Shown here in pieces: positions 23,382 through 33,267 of a DNA stretch of 50,766 nucleotides. Within the stretch, counting starts at the first letter, position 1. Every line of letters starts with the position of its first letter. The notes under the pieces are model-generated. The model had not been told where the DNA came from and made no database searches. It saw only the letters and a list, made by a program, of their open reading frames with translations. Position numbers and translations under genes: made by a program. Source of the DNA: a virus; the IMG/VR virus record IMGVR_UViG_3300032001_000008; one strand, written 5' to 3'.

Positions 23382-24200
23382 ATGGCGATCACTACACTGA
23401 ATCAAGTCCTGTCCGGTATGCAGCCCATGCAGGTTTATAACAAGGCAACCGGCGCTACGATGGTGGTGGGCAAGCCGCATAGCTGGTGGTCGCTGGCGGG
23501 TACGCCGGGAGCTGGCTCCTTCGATACCACCCTGAACGGCGTGGTGCTGAGTCAGACGAGCGCACTGGTCTCTGGTGCCATCCCCTTCTACGATCCGCCC
23601 GGGGGCCAGAATCAATACCTGGCCCGCTTCCAAGGCTCCGTTCAGGGCGGCTCAGGGCAGCTGATGTTGCTGGATAGGCTGTGGCACAACGGCGGCTTCA
23701 CCATCACCTCGACCGGCGCACAGTCGATCACATCGCCGACCTGGCCGGCGCGCGACTCAGCGGGCACCACGAATGGAGCGGGAGTGCTGCTGGCGATGGA
23801 GATCAGCGCGGCCGCCGGCGCTGCTTCCCCTACCATCACGGTGAGCTATACGAACAGCGCCGGGACGGCGGGACGTACAGGGACGAACGTCGATCCTACG
23901 AGTAACAGCCCCGCCATCGGCTCTTTCTTCCGCATTGGTCTGCAAGCCGGCGACTATGGTGTGCAGAGTGTGCAGAGCGTTACGCTGAGCGTGAGCTGGG
24001 TTTCGGGCACGATGAATCTGGTGGCGTATCGGACGCTGGGTTCTATCGAGTGCCCCTCGCAGTTCAGCGTGAATGCTATTGACGCGGTGACGGGCGGCAT
24101 GCCGCAGCTGTTCAACGGCACGACCCCCTTCTGCATCATGTATCCGAGCGCTGTGACGGCAAGCGGCGTCTTCAGCTCTATCATCACCACCCAGGGGTAA
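23382..24200 (+). CDS. Tail-associated protein, paralog 1
   Basis: ATG 23382 has AGGAG plus 7 nt. It shares LDRLWHNGGF, QSITSPTWPARD, TVSYTNSAGTAGRTG and LQAGDYGVQSVQS with the next gene. Confidence 0.8.
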   Translation: MAITTLNQVLSGMQPMQVYNKATGATMVVGKPHSWWSLAGTPGAGSFDTTLNGVVLSQTSALVSGAIPFYDPPGGQNQYLARFQGSVQGGSGQLMLLDRLWHNGGFTITSTGAQSITSPTWPARDSAGTTNGAGVLLAMEISAAAGAASPTITVSYTNSAGTAGRTGTNVDPTSNSPAIGSFFRIGLQAGDYGVQSVQSVTLSVSWVSGTMNLVAYRTLGSIECPSQFSVNAIDAVTGGMPQLFNGTTPFCIMYPSAVTASGVFSSIITTQG

Positions 24201-24203
24201 TGT

Positions 24204-25010
24204 ATGGCTATCGCTAACCTGGATGGAGTGGTTGCCGGCTGGCAGCCGGTGCAGGCGTTCTGCAAACCCTTTGTAGCGACTGGCTCTCGTATGGTCTCAA
24301 CCTGGGGTATTGCGGGGATACCTGGTGCAGGCTCGTATAACACCACCCTGAATGGCGGCGTTTATTCTTCGACCAGCTCGCCGGTGGCAGGTCAGATCTT
24401 CCATGCCGATCCCGCCGGTGGCATTTCGAGCTACGCGGGGCGCGTGCAGGTGGGTAGTTCGGCGACTGGCGTCAGCATGCAGGTGTGGTTGGTAGATCGG
24501 CTCTGGGACAATGGCGGCTTCGATGTCACTAACACCGGCGTGCAGAGCATCACTTCGCCTACTTGGCCAGCGCGAGATATGGACGGCTCTACGAACGGCC
24601 GCGGCGTGATGCTGATGTTGGAGGTGTCGGCGACCACTGGCTCAGGATCACCCTCTATAACAGTCACCTATACGAACAGCGCTGGTACCGCCTCTCGCAC
24701 CGGCGCTAATATCACCTCTACTGCCACCACCACCGCCAGCCAGGGGTTCCTGATCGGCCTCCAGGCCGGGGACGTGGGGGTGCGAAGTGTGCAGAGTCTG
24801 CAGCTGTCGGGCAGCTGGACCTCTGGTACGATCAACCTGGTCGCGTTCCGCTGGATCACTCCTGTAGGAATCGTACTGAATGGCGCGGGAGCAGATCCAA
24901 TTACAGGTGGGTTCGGGCGGCTGTACAACGGGTCAGTGCCCTATTTCCTGGTGCTGAATGGCAATTTCGCGGGCTCTGTGAACGGTACCTATGTTGAGTG
25001 CCAGGGATAA
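24204..25010 (+). CDS. Tail-associated protein, paralog 2
   Basis: 268 aa, collinear similarity to 23382..24200. Confidence 0.85.
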   Translation: MAIANLDGVVAGWQPVQAFCKPFVATGSRMVSTWGIAGIPGAGSYNTTLNGGVYSSTSSPVAGQIFHADPAGGISSYAGRVQVGSSATGVSMQVWLVDRLWDNGGFDVTNTGVQSITSPTWPARDMDGSTNGRGVMLMLEVSATTGSGSPSITVTYTNSAGTASRTGANITSTATTTASQGFLIGLQAGDVGVRSVQSLQLSGSWTSGTINLVAFRWITPVGIVLNGAGADPITGGFGRLYNGSVPYFLVLNGNFAGSVNGTYVECQG

Positions 25011-25975
25011 TGTCCGGAATCGCGCAAGCCTACCCGAGCGGCTCCACAAGCGCATGGCTGCGCAACCCGAGGTTTGGCTGGCAAACTCAGATGATGTACT
25101 CGCGCATCGTGCGCGGGTCTACGCAGCCGCCCGCCGGCGCCCGAGTCTGGACACAGTGGTGGATAGGACAATCGGCTGGGATAGGCAACAGCCAGGCGCA
25201 GGTCGATCGGACGGCGTTCCTGGGTTGGACCTACAACGGGAATGTCAGGGCGCACGAGACCGCCCTGCTGCCCCCGATCAGCCGGGGCAATTCGATCTCC
25301 AGCCTGGGGCCGATAGTTTGGAACAAATGGTTCTTCGACAGCACATTCACCCCGATCCAGCGTCTTGGAGCGAACCTATCCACTGGCGTGTTCGCCTACA
25401 CCGGCCAAGACGCGTTTCTCTCCTTCCCCCACATCTACTTCCTGTTGCTGGATGCAACGAGCTATGATTATGAGCTGGGTGTCGGGACCGCCGACCGAGG
25501 GATTAGTGCAGATATTGGCACCTTCGCCTATACCGGCGAAGACATCAACTTCTCGATCGGCCACACTATTCCTATCATCATCGACGCCGGCATCTTTTCC
25601 TACACCGGCTTCGATGCTAACTTCAACATCCTCAGCCCAGGTAGGGCGGGGCTCCTCTTGACCACCTCTACTCGAGTCGTGAATGGGCCGAAGAGGGTAA
25701 GTGAAACACTATCTCCGCCGTTCGACTTCAGTGTCTTTACGATTGCAGGGGATGTGCTCAGCAACCCGCAAGTCACCATCACGGTGTACTCGGGAGTGGA
25801 CCCGAATCCGCAGGCGATGTTTGGAGGGTATTTGGTGAATGGGACGGTGGTTTATGTGACGCTACGTGGAGGGGTCGCCGGCGCCATCTACCGAGTGAAG
25901 GTGACGGTGACGGCAAGTCTGACCGGCACCCCTGAACTGGATAGCCTGATCGCGGTACTCCCAGATGGACTCTAA
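25010..25975 (+). CDS. Fibre-like protein with three G-x-F-(A/S)-Y-T-G-x-D repeats
   Basis: TAATG start. GVFAYTGQDAF, GTFAYTGEDINF and GIFSYTGFDANF are spaced about 40 aa apart. Confidence 0.8.
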   Translation: MSGIAQAYPSGSTSAWLRNPRFGWQTQMMYSRIVRGSTQPPAGARVWTQWWIGQSAGIGNSQAQVDRTAFLGWTYNGNVRAHETALLPPISRGNSISSLGPIVWNKWFFDSTFTPIQRLGANLSTGVFAYTGQDAFLSFPHIYFLLLDATSYDYELGVGTADRGISADIGTFAYTGEDINFSIGHTIPIIIDAGIFSYTGFDANFNILSPGRAGLLLTTSTRVVNGPKRVSETLSPPFDFSVFTIAGDVLSNPQVTITVYSGVDPNPQAMFGGYLVNGTVVYVTLRGGVAGAIYRVKVTVTASLTGTPELDSLIAVLPDGL

Positions 25976-27425
25976 CACCCTCACCCCGGAGATGATTGAA
26001 GCCTTCGCAGGAGCATACCTGAGTCCTCGCTATGACCAAGCCCAGCCCACCCCCGACTTCCACAGAGAAGCGTGGTCTTACTATTGCACAGACCGTCCGG
26101 CGTGTGCTCTGGCAGCACCACGCAATCATGCAAAGACGACTGCTCTCACAGACGACTACATCCTCGCCAACGTCTGTTTCAGAGTCGAAGAGTACATCAT
26201 TGTGATGGGAGCTTCGGAAGAGATGGCGGTGGAGAGGCTAGGGGATATTGCCTTGGAGTTGAGGGAGAACGAGCCGCTGAGAAGGGACTTCCGCATCCAG
26301 GGATTCATCCAAGAGCAGAAGACCGATATCATCGTGGAGTGCACTGATGGCTACCAGTTCAGGGTTCTGGCACGCGGCGCGGAGCAAAAGATTCGCGGAA
26401 GGAAGTGGAGGGGAAAGCGCCCAGGCCTTATTGTCTGTGATGATCTCGAAGATGATGAGCAAGTGGAGTCGAAGGATCGAAGGAGAAAGTTCTCCCATTG
26501 GTTTTTCCGGGCTGCGAAGCAGGCCCTCAGAGATGGAGGGAGAATACGAGTCCACGGAACTATCCTGCATGAGGACTCTCTCCTGGCCAACCTCATCAAG
26601 CAGTGGAAGGGAAAGCTATATAAGGCGCACCGCAGCTTCGATGAGTTCGAGGACATTCTTTGGGAAGAGAAGTTCCCTGAAACGCGCCTTAGAGCGATCA
26701 GGCAGGAATTCATTGACCGGATGGACTCCTCTGGATACTCGGGGGAGTACCTGAATGATCCCTTTGATTCGGACGAATGCTATATTAGGAGGGAGGATCT
26801 GCTTGGAATGGATGATAAGGATAGGGCGAAGCTTAAGAAGTATTGTGCCGCTGCCGACTTTGCCGTCTCTACGCAGGATAAAGCTAACCGCAGCGCCCTC
26901 ACAGTCGGCGGCAAGGATATGGATAATCTCCTGCATAAGGTGGATAACCGAGTGGGAAGGTGGGATGCCCTGCAGCTGATAGAGGAGCTGTTCAGTGTCC
27001 AACTGAGGTGGAAGCCGGAAGTATTCTGGGTCGAAGATGGCGTAATATGGAAGACCTTGTGGCCCATGCTCAAAGCGGAGATGAGGAAGAGAGATGTCTG
27101 GATTAACTTCAAGCCGATCCCTTCGACCCAAGATAAGGCCGCGAGAGGGCGGAGCTTTCAAAAGAGAACCCGCGCAGGGGGATTTAAGGTTGAGAAGGAA
27201 TCATCCTGGTACGCCCAGTGGGAGAACGAAATCCTCAGATTTACTGGCGTCACAGAAGCTACGCTGGATGACCAGTTCGATGCGGACTCCCTGCTCTGCA
27301 GGGGATTTGAGGAGTTCTACGACGTCGAACTCGATGACCTCGTCTCCGACGAGATTCTGGAATGGAGAGAGATGGCTAACGCTGCTCGAGGTTCCGGAGG
27401 ACGGAATCAGCACACCGGGTACTGA
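25965..27425 (+). CDS. terL: Terminase large subunit
   Basis: 486 aa. Walker A-like AAPRNHAKTT and Walker B LIVCDDLEDDE. Immediately upstream of the portal gene. Confidence 0.85.
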   Translation: MDSNTLTPEMIEAFAGAYLSPRYDQAQPTPDFHREAWSYYCTDRPACALAAPRNHAKTTALTDDYILANVCFRVEEYIIVMGASEEMAVERLGDIALELRENEPLRRDFRIQGFIQEQKTDIIVECTDGYQFRVLARGAEQKIRGRKWRGKRPGLIVCDDLEDDEQVESKDRRRKFSHWFFRAAKQALRDGGRIRVHGTILHEDSLLANLIKQWKGKLYKAHRSFDEFEDILWEEKFPETRLRAIRQEFIDRMDSSGYSGEYLNDPFDSDECYIRREDLLGMDDKDRAKLKKYCAAADFAVSTQDKANRSALTVGGKDMDNLLHKVDNRVGRWDALQLIEELFSVQLRWKPEVFWVEDGVIWKTLWPMLKAEMRKRDVWINFKPIPSTQDKAARGRSFQKRTRAGGFKVEKESSWYAQWENEILRFTGVTEATLDDQFDADSLLCRGFEEFYDVELDDLVSDEILEWREMANAARGSGGRNQHTGY

Positions 27426-27427
27426 AG

Positions 27428-29557
27428 ATGGTTGAATTAGAAGCAAGGCTGAAGTTCGATCAGGCGCTGATCGACGATCCCAATCTCTGTGGGAAGCTCA
27501 GTCCGGAGGATCTGGGGAAGATCAGCATGTGGGTCTGGGAGGGATTCACCAAGGATGTGGCCAGCCGGCGGGAGTGGGAGAGGAGGAACAGCGCCGCGAT
27601 GGACCTGGCGATGCAGGTGCAGCAGGCTAAGAACTTCCCCTGGCCGAATTGCAGCAATATCATCTTCCCCCTGGTAAGCATCGCGGCGCTCCAGTTCTCC
27701 ACTCGCAGCTACGCGAACCTCATCAGGGGGACGGAGATCTACAAGTATCGGGCGGTGGGGGCGACTGACCCCAAGCTGTTGCAGATGGCGCAGCTAATCG
27801 GCAAGCACATGAGCTGGCAATGTCTGGAGGAAGACCAAGCGTGGGAGGAGCAACATGATCGGCTCTTCATCAATGTTTCGATTGTGGGAACTGCTTTCAT
27901 CAAAACCCGGTTCTCGCCGGCGGAGCAGCACAACACCTCCACGCTGGTCCCGGCTCGCGATCTCGTACTGGATTATTCTGCACGCAGCGTTGAAAGCTGC
28001 GCGCGCAAGACGGAAGTCATAAAGATATACAGGAATGAAATCTGGGAACGCTGCAAAAGGGGGATCTATAGAGATGTGACGGAGGAGGGTTGGTTCAATG
28101 AGAATGCTCGCATTGGAATCGTGGAGTCTCTTAACAATACTGAGCATGACAAGCGGGTTGGTCTGGATGCTCCCCAGGGAGATCAAGATACTCCTTTTAC
28201 TTGCCTGGAACAGCATCGCAACTTAGACCTGGATGGAGACGGGTACGCCGAGCCCTATATCGTTCTGCAGGAGAGCGCTTCGCGAGCGATCCTGCGAATC
28301 GTGGCGAGAGTGTACCGGATGGAGGACGTGGAGACGAATGACAGAGGGGAGATAATTACAATTCGCCCCTTCGAGTCTTACACCAAATATGGCTTCATCC
28401 CGGCGCCGGATGGAGGGGTGTACGATATAGGGTTCGGTGTCCTTCTGGGACCGTTGAACGACACAGTGGATACAGCAATAAATCAGATCTTCGATGCCGG
28501 CACCTCGAACATGCTGGGGGGCGGGTTCGCCGCGACCGGCGCGAAGATGAAAGCGGGGGTCTACACACGTACTCCTGGGGAGTACAAGATCATCAAGGGG
28601 ACCTCCGATGACATACGTAAGGCACTTGTATCGTGGCCTGAAATACCAATATCTAATGTGCTGTTTCAGGTTCTCAGCCTGGTTATCCAGTATGCAGATC
28701 GTCTGGCTGGTGCCACTGAGACCTTGGTGGGTGAGAATCCTGGACAGAATACTCCTGCCTCCACCTACCAAGGGATGGTAGAGAATGGGATGCAGATCTA
28801 CCGCTCGATTTTTAAGCGGATCTGGCGGGCGATGAAGGAGGAAGGGAAGAAGCTGCATGTGCTGAATGCAAGGTTCCTCCCGGAGAGCCAGCGGTTCGGA
28901 GAAGGGGATGAGCGCATCACCAGAGAATCTTACAAGACGAACCCTAATCTGCTTGTGCCGACGGCAGATCCGAACATGGTTAGCGATCAGATGCGGCTCC
29001 AGCGAGCCTCTCTCATACGCCAAGGTGCCCACTCGGTACCCGGATATAATCTGGAGGCGGTCGAGAAAGACTGGCTGCAGACGTTGGGAGTTGACAACAT
29101 CCCGCAAGTGTATCCTGGTGCCTACTCGCAATGGTACGCCCAGCATCCTCTGCCGAATCCGAAAGCTCAGGCAGAGCAGATGAAGATGCAGGCGCACAAG
29201 ATGAAGTACGACTTCGAGAAGTGGAAGACGATTACCGAGCTGCAGGCGGCGCAGAAGAAGACCATGGCGGAGATAGACTTTATCAGGGCGCAGGCGGCGA
29301 AGCTGGTGGCGGATATTGGCGCGGACAAGGCGGCGCATCAGCTGGAGGTGTTTGATAAGCTGCTGACGCATCTCGAGAGCCTGGGTCAGGTTATGAATGA
29401 TAGGATCGAAGCGATGATGGGAGATAAAGATGAAGGTGAGTCTGGAGGAGCTGGAGGACCTAAAGGCGACGCCGGCGGGTCGGGCGCTGTGGCGCTACCT
29501 TCACCGCAGGGTGGAGCTTCTAATGGGGCAATGGGCGGAGGGGCGATTCAACAGTGA
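27428..29557 (+). CDS. Portal protein
   Basis: 709 aa, follows TerL. The low-complexity G/A-rich C-terminal 128 nt overlaps ORF 29430..29711. Confidence 0.8.
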   Translation: MVELEARLKFDQALIDDPNLCGKLSPEDLGKISMWVWEGFTKDVASRREWERRNSAAMDLAMQVQQAKNFPWPNCSNIIFPLVSIAALQFSTRSYANLIRGTEIYKYRAVGATDPKLLQMAQLIGKHMSWQCLEEDQAWEEQHDRLFINVSIVGTAFIKTRFSPAEQHNTSTLVPARDLVLDYSARSVESCARKTEVIKIYRNEIWERCKRGIYRDVTEEGWFNENARIGIVESLNNTEHDKRVGLDAPQGDQDTPFTCLEQHRNLDLDGDGYAEPYIVLQESASRAILRIVARVYRMEDVETNDRGEIITIRPFESYTKYGFIPAPDGGVYDIGFGVLLGPLNDTVDTAINQIFDAGTSNMLGGGFAATGAKMKAGVYTRTPGEYKIIKGTSDDIRKALVSWPEIPISNVLFQVLSLVIQYADRLAGATETLVGENPGQNTPASTYQGMVENGMQIYRSIFKRIWRAMKEEGKKLHVLNARFLPESQRFGEGDERITRESYKTNPNLLVPTADPNMVSDQMRLQRASLIRQGAHSVPGYNLEAVEKDWLQTLGVDNIPQVYPGAYSQWYAQHPLPNPKAQAEQMKMQAHKMKYDFEKWKTITELQAAQKKTMAEIDFIRAQAAKLVADIGADKAAHQLEVFDKLLTHLESLGQVMNDRIEAMMGDKDEGESGGAGGPKGDAGGSGAVALPSPQGGASNGAMGGGAIQQ

Positions 29558-29711
29558 GAACCCGAGTGTCTGCACCGCTGCAAACATTGGGGCGATACAT
29601 GAGCTGAATGCATTCAAACAGATCATAGATATAGAGGTAGAGGACTTAAATGAGAGTGAATCCAGTGAACAACTCGGGGTTTCGTCCCGTGGGCAAGGCC
29701 GTGCTGCTTAG
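29430..29711 (+). CDS. Hypothetical protein overlapping the portal 3' end
   Basis: GGGAG SD. MKVSLEELEDLKATPAGRALWRYLHRRVELLMGQWAEGRF.. has protein-like composition, while the portal tail in the other frame is low-complexity. Confidence 0.45.
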   Translation: MKVSLEELEDLKATPAGRALWRYLHRRVELLMGQWAEGRFNSENPSVCTAANIGAIHELNAFKQIIDIEVEDLNESESSEQLGVSSRGQGRAA

Positions 29712-30024
29712 AGCCTTTGAGATGGCAGAGAAGAAGCACATGATCCATCTCCCTGATGAGGTGGAGATGAGTGTTGCGACCTGCGATACTCAGGGGATAG
29801 TGGTTGAGATAGGGCCGGACTGTTGGCAGGGCGAGAAAGAAACTCCTAGAGCGAAAGTAGGCGACAAAGTCTTGATAACTAGGTTTAGTGGAGGGATGCT
29901 GAAGGGGAAGGATGGCTTTATATACCGCATGATCCCAGATCACGCGATCTATGCAGTAAAGATAGAAGAGGAGGAAGAAAGTGAAAATATATTACAGCGA
30001 GAGACGCAGCAGGCAGTACGCTAG
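29650..30024 (+). CDS. GroES/Cpn10-like co-chaperonin
   Basis: FRPVGKAVLLR..(E).., QGIVVEIG, AKVGDKVLI and DHAIYAVK are collinear with E. coli GroES IRPLHDRVIVK, GEVLAVG, VKVGDIVIF and SDILAIV. Confidence 0.6.
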   Translation: MRVNPVNNSGFRPVGKAVLLRAFEMAEKKHMIHLPDEVEMSVATCDTQGIVVEIGPDCWQGEKETPRAKVGDKVLITRFSGGMLKGKDGFIYRMIPDHAIYAVKIEEEEESENILQRETQQAVR

Positions 30025-30148
30025 GAAGATTGCTTACGATCTTGTCGAGAATATGCGCAAGTATAAGAATGGCAGGAACGATGACATACGCTACTTACAT
30101 TTGGTATGTGCGAGACTGAAAGGCAGGAGAAGCAGCCGTGGCTACTGA
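29981..30148 (+). CDS. 55-aa basic protein
   Basis: GTG preceded by GAGGAGGAAGAAA. MKIYYSERRSRQYARKIAYDLVENMRKYKNGRNDDIRYLHLVCARLKGRRSSRGY. Fills the gap before the scaffold gene. Confidence 0.35.
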   Translation: MKIYYSERRSRQYARKIAYDLVENMRKYKNGRNDDIRYLHLVCARLKGRRSSRGY

Positions 30149-31025
30149 AGAAGAGACACAAGTGGAGAACGGGGAGATGGAGCAGCAGGCTCGGCAGATG
30201 GGTTGGATGCCGAAGGAGGATTGGAAGGGCAAGCCAGACGGCTGGGTGGACGCAGCTGAGTTCGTCAAGCGCGGCGAGACCTTCATTCCCTTCCTCCAGC
30301 ATGATAGGAAGAAGTTAAAGGGAGAGCTAGAGGCAGAGCGGCAGGCGAGACTGGGACTGGAGCAGACGCTGAGAGAGATGAAGGATCAGGTAGATGGGCT
30401 GAAGTCGTTCAGTGAGGAGATGGCTAAGGATAGAACGGAGAGAAGGAAGACAGAGATTGCACAGGCACTGAAGAATGCGCGGGAAGCGGGCGATGATGTG
30501 AAGGTGGCGGAGCTACAGAATGAGCTGGGAGAAGTGACAAGGAAGCCGAATGGAGAGGTTAAAGATCCAGTAAGAGAGGAGGCGCCGAAGGGGCCAGTTA
30601 TCCAGCCCTGGGTGAGAGAGTTTATAGAAGGGAATGATGAGTTCTTTAAAAGTGGCAGGAAGGTGGCGCTCTTCAACGCGGTGATGCTGGAGCGCCGGCA
30701 GGGCGGCGATTCGAGGGTGGGTCCTGATCAGGGTACCGCCCTGCTAACGGAGGTGAGAGATGAAGTCGAAAAAACGCTCGGGGGAAACTCGAGGAGGACA
30801 GCGCCGTCGAAAACCGAAGAGTCCCGTCCCGCAGGAGGAGGTCGCGGATCTTCTGGAGGGAAGGGCTGGACGGACCTCCCAGAAGAAGCCAGGCAAAAGT
30901 GCAGCGAGCAAGCAGAGAAGTTCGTCGGGAAAGGCAAAGCGTTCAAGGATGAGGCGGCGTGGCGGAAGCACTACGTAGCTGAGTACTTTGGACCAAGCGC
31001 GATCACGCGGAGGGCTGAGGAATGA
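30138..31025 (+). CDS. Scaffolding protein (charged coiled-coil)
   Basis: 295 aa, E/K/R-rich, positioned between portal and capsid genes. Confidence 0.65.
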   Translation: MATEEETQVENGEMEQQARQMGWMPKEDWKGKPDGWVDAAEFVKRGETFIPFLQHDRKKLKGELEAERQARLGLEQTLREMKDQVDGLKSFSEEMAKDRTERRKTEIAQALKNAREAGDDVKVAELQNELGEVTRKPNGEVKDPVREEAPKGPVIQPWVREFIEGNDEFFKSGRKVALFNAVMLERRQGGDSRVGPDQGTALLTEVRDEVEKTLGGNSRRTAPSKTEESRPAGGGRGSSGGKGWTDLPEEARQKCSEQAEKFVGKGKAFKDEAAWRKHYVAEYFGPSAITRRAEE

Positions 31026-31648
31026 GCGATCCAAACAAGGGGCTGCCGCCGATCCCCCCGAAGCCGGCGACGGCTGTGAATGTGGGCGCGGTACAGGGAG
31101 TGCCGGTGAGCCAGCAGGAGAAGCAGGCGAATGAGATTACGGAGACGAATAATCCTGCGAACGAGGCGGCGGCGAAGATGATGAAGGAGAGGGGGCCGCG
31201 GTTGGAGCTGAATGCTCCCTCGAGGAGGCTCGACGTGCCACCCCTCCCTGGCTACCACCTGCATTGGTTCTTGGAGAGGAACATACCCGAGGCCCTGCGC
31301 GGCTGGTACGAGTTCGTCACGCCAGAGGAGATGCCCACCCTCGATACCTCTATCGGAGGTCGCACCAAGGGTGCCACCAGCGATGATCTGGGAGGGGGGC
31401 GGTTGAGTGTGATTTCTGGACAGGATGAGCAAGGCAAACCCCAGCAGCTCGTCTTGATGAAGATCCGCCAAGAGTGGTTCTTCGATAGTCAGAGGAAGAT
31501 TGCTGAACGCAACCTCTCGGTGGTGCAGCAGATCTTCCACAAGAAGGCTCCGATCTTGGAGCCGGGGGAGAAACAGGCAGATGCGCAGATGAGATATACG
31601 AAAGAGGCAATACTTGATCTGTCCCTAGGCCGATTCAAGAAGGCATAG
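31022..31648 (+). CDS. Head-module hypothetical protein
   Basis: 208-aa ORF, ATGA-coupled to the scaffold gene. Confidence 0.7.
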   Translation: MSDPNKGLPPIPPKPATAVNVGAVQGVPVSQQEKQANEITETNNPANEAAAKMMKERGPRLELNAPSRRLDVPPLPGYHLHWFLERNIPEALRGWYEFVTPEEMPTLDTSIGGRTKGATSDDLGGGRLSVISGQDEQGKPQQLVLMKIRQEWFFDSQRKIAERNLSVVQQIFHKKAPILEPGEKQADAQMRYTKEAILDLSLGRFKKA

Positions 31649-31686
31649 ACTGACGATGTTCTTTAACTTTAACCGTGGAGCTTGAT

Positions 31687-32313
31687 ATGGCAAACGCTAA
31701 CAAGGTCAACGGCTTCACCCCAGTTGGATACTTGAACGGTGCTGATTGGGATGGACGAGGCCGGGTATATGCAATCCTCGCAGCGCAGACCAATGCGATT
31801 GCGGTGGGAGATCCAGTGAAATTGGTCGCCGGCGGAGATACGGCGTATTATCTGCCCTGTATTGATATTGGGGCAGCAGGCGCAGCTTGCATTGGAGTGG
31901 TACTGGCGCTGAGCACGAATCCGAGGGGGCTGGGTCCCTGGGCGGACCCGACGGCTCTGAACACGATCGTGCACCGTCCAGCAGCAGCGACGACAGGTAA
32001 CTGGTACGCGCTGGTAGCAGACGATCCGAATGTGATCTATGAGGCGCAGGAGCAGGCTTCGGGGGGCGCGGGAACGAACTTCGTTCAGACGGCGGCGTCG
32101 AAGAATGCCAACTTTGGGATTGGGACGCCGGCTGCGCCGGGGTGGATGAGCCAGGCGTATATCGACAACGGTACGGCCGCAGCCGCTACAGCTACCTTTA
32201 ACATGCGTTTGCTGGGCCTGAAGCAGGCTATCGACAATGCACCAGGGGCGTATCAGAAGTGGTGGTGTGTGTTTCAGAACCATCACCTCATCACTCGCCC
32301 TGTCGGCGTCTAA
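31687..32313 (+). CDS. Probable head decoration/cement protein
   Basis: ATG 31687 has GGAG plus 6 nt. About 208 aa, immediately upstream of the MCP. Function is assigned by position only. Confidence 0.55.
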   Translation: MANANKVNGFTPVGYLNGADWDGRGRVYAILAAQTNAIAVGDPVKLVAGGDTAYYLPCIDIGAAGAACIGVVLALSTNPRGLGPWADPTALNTIVHRPAAATTGNWYALVADDPNVIYEAQEQASGGAGTNFVQTAASKNANFGIGTPAAPGWMSQAYIDNGTAAAATATFNMRLLGLKQAIDNAPGAYQKWWCVFQNHHLITRPVGV

Positions 32314-32334
32314 TTGAACTGAGGAGAAACCAAA

Positions 32335-33255
32335 ATGGCAGGCGGCGTTATTACCACTGGTGCACATCCAAAATTGCTGTGGCCAGGAATCAAGGCAACA
32401 TGGGGGCAGATCTACGACGAACATCCGTTCGAGTATCCAGATCTGTACGATGTTGAGTCAAGCTCGAGGGCGTGGGAGGAGGACGTGCAGATCACGCCCT
32501 TCGGACTCGCCCAGTATAAAGCGGAGGGCGCGACGGGGTACTTCGACTATGAGACCCAGGGACCCGTTACTCGTTATACGCATCTGGCCTATTTCCTAGG
32601 TTATAAGGTGACGTATGAGGAGTTGTCGGATAATCTCTATGAGATTGTTAGCTCGCGGCGTGCGAAAGCTAATGCGTTCTCGATGGTGCAGACTATTGAG
32701 AATGTGTCTGTGGTCCCCTATAACGATGCCTTCTCGGGCACGTTCTACACTGGTGGGGACGGTGTTTCGCTGTGCAACACTGCCCACCCGAACACGACAG
32801 GGGGGACCTACAGTAATGCACTGACGCCGGGGGCGGATCTCAGCGAGGCGGCGCTCGAGGATATGGTGATCCTCATCATGGGAGTTCAGAATGATCGTGG
32901 ACTGCTGGTGAGCATCATGCCGACGAGTCTCCACATCCCTCGCCAGGAGTGGTTCAATGCCCACCGCATTCTGAAGAGTGTGCTGCAGGCCGACACTGCG
33001 TTGAATAACATCAATGTGCTGAAAGCCACCAACGCCTTCCCAGGTGGGATTAAGATGAACCATTACTTCACCGCCGCTCATGCTTGGTTCGTTCGAACCA
33101 ACTGTCCGGAGGGGATGAAGTACTACTGGAGGGAACAGCCGGGCTTCGCCCAGGATAACGATTTCGATACGATGAACCTAAAGGCGCGGTCGTACATGCG
33201 ACTGTCTGTGGGTAATACAGACCCGAGGGCGGTCTTCGGCTCGAATGGTCCGTGA
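32335..33255 (+). CDS. Major capsid protein
   Basis: 306 aa with AGGAG SD, followed by a stable hairpin. Lies in the portal-scaffold-capsid order. Confidence 0.8.
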   Translation: MAGGVITTGAHPKLLWPGIKATWGQIYDEHPFEYPDLYDVESSSRAWEEDVQITPFGLAQYKAEGATGYFDYETQGPVTRYTHLAYFLGYKVTYEELSDNLYEIVSSRRAKANAFSMVQTIENVSVVPYNDAFSGTFYTGGDGVSLCNTAHPNTTGGTYSNALTPGADLSEAALEDMVILIMGVQNDRGLLVSIMPTSLHIPRQEWFNAHRILKSVLQADTALNNINVLKATNAFPGGIKMNHYFTAAHAWFVRTNCPEGMKYYWREQPGFAQDNDFDTMNLKARSYMRLSVGNTDPRAVFGSNGP

Positions 33256-33267
33256 TAGGAGGCGATA

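Noticed and set aside
23382-25010. Diversity-generating retroelement (TR/VR pair) as explanation for the two similar tail genes
   Set aside because: The similarity is at protein level with many nucleotide differences of all kinds, not adenine-specific. No reverse transcriptase or Avd-like gene is present anywhere in the genome.
28223-29371. 382-aa minus-strand ORF inside the portal gene
   Set aside because: Antisense shadow (L/R/H/P-rich). The portal frame is coherent and syntenic with terL.
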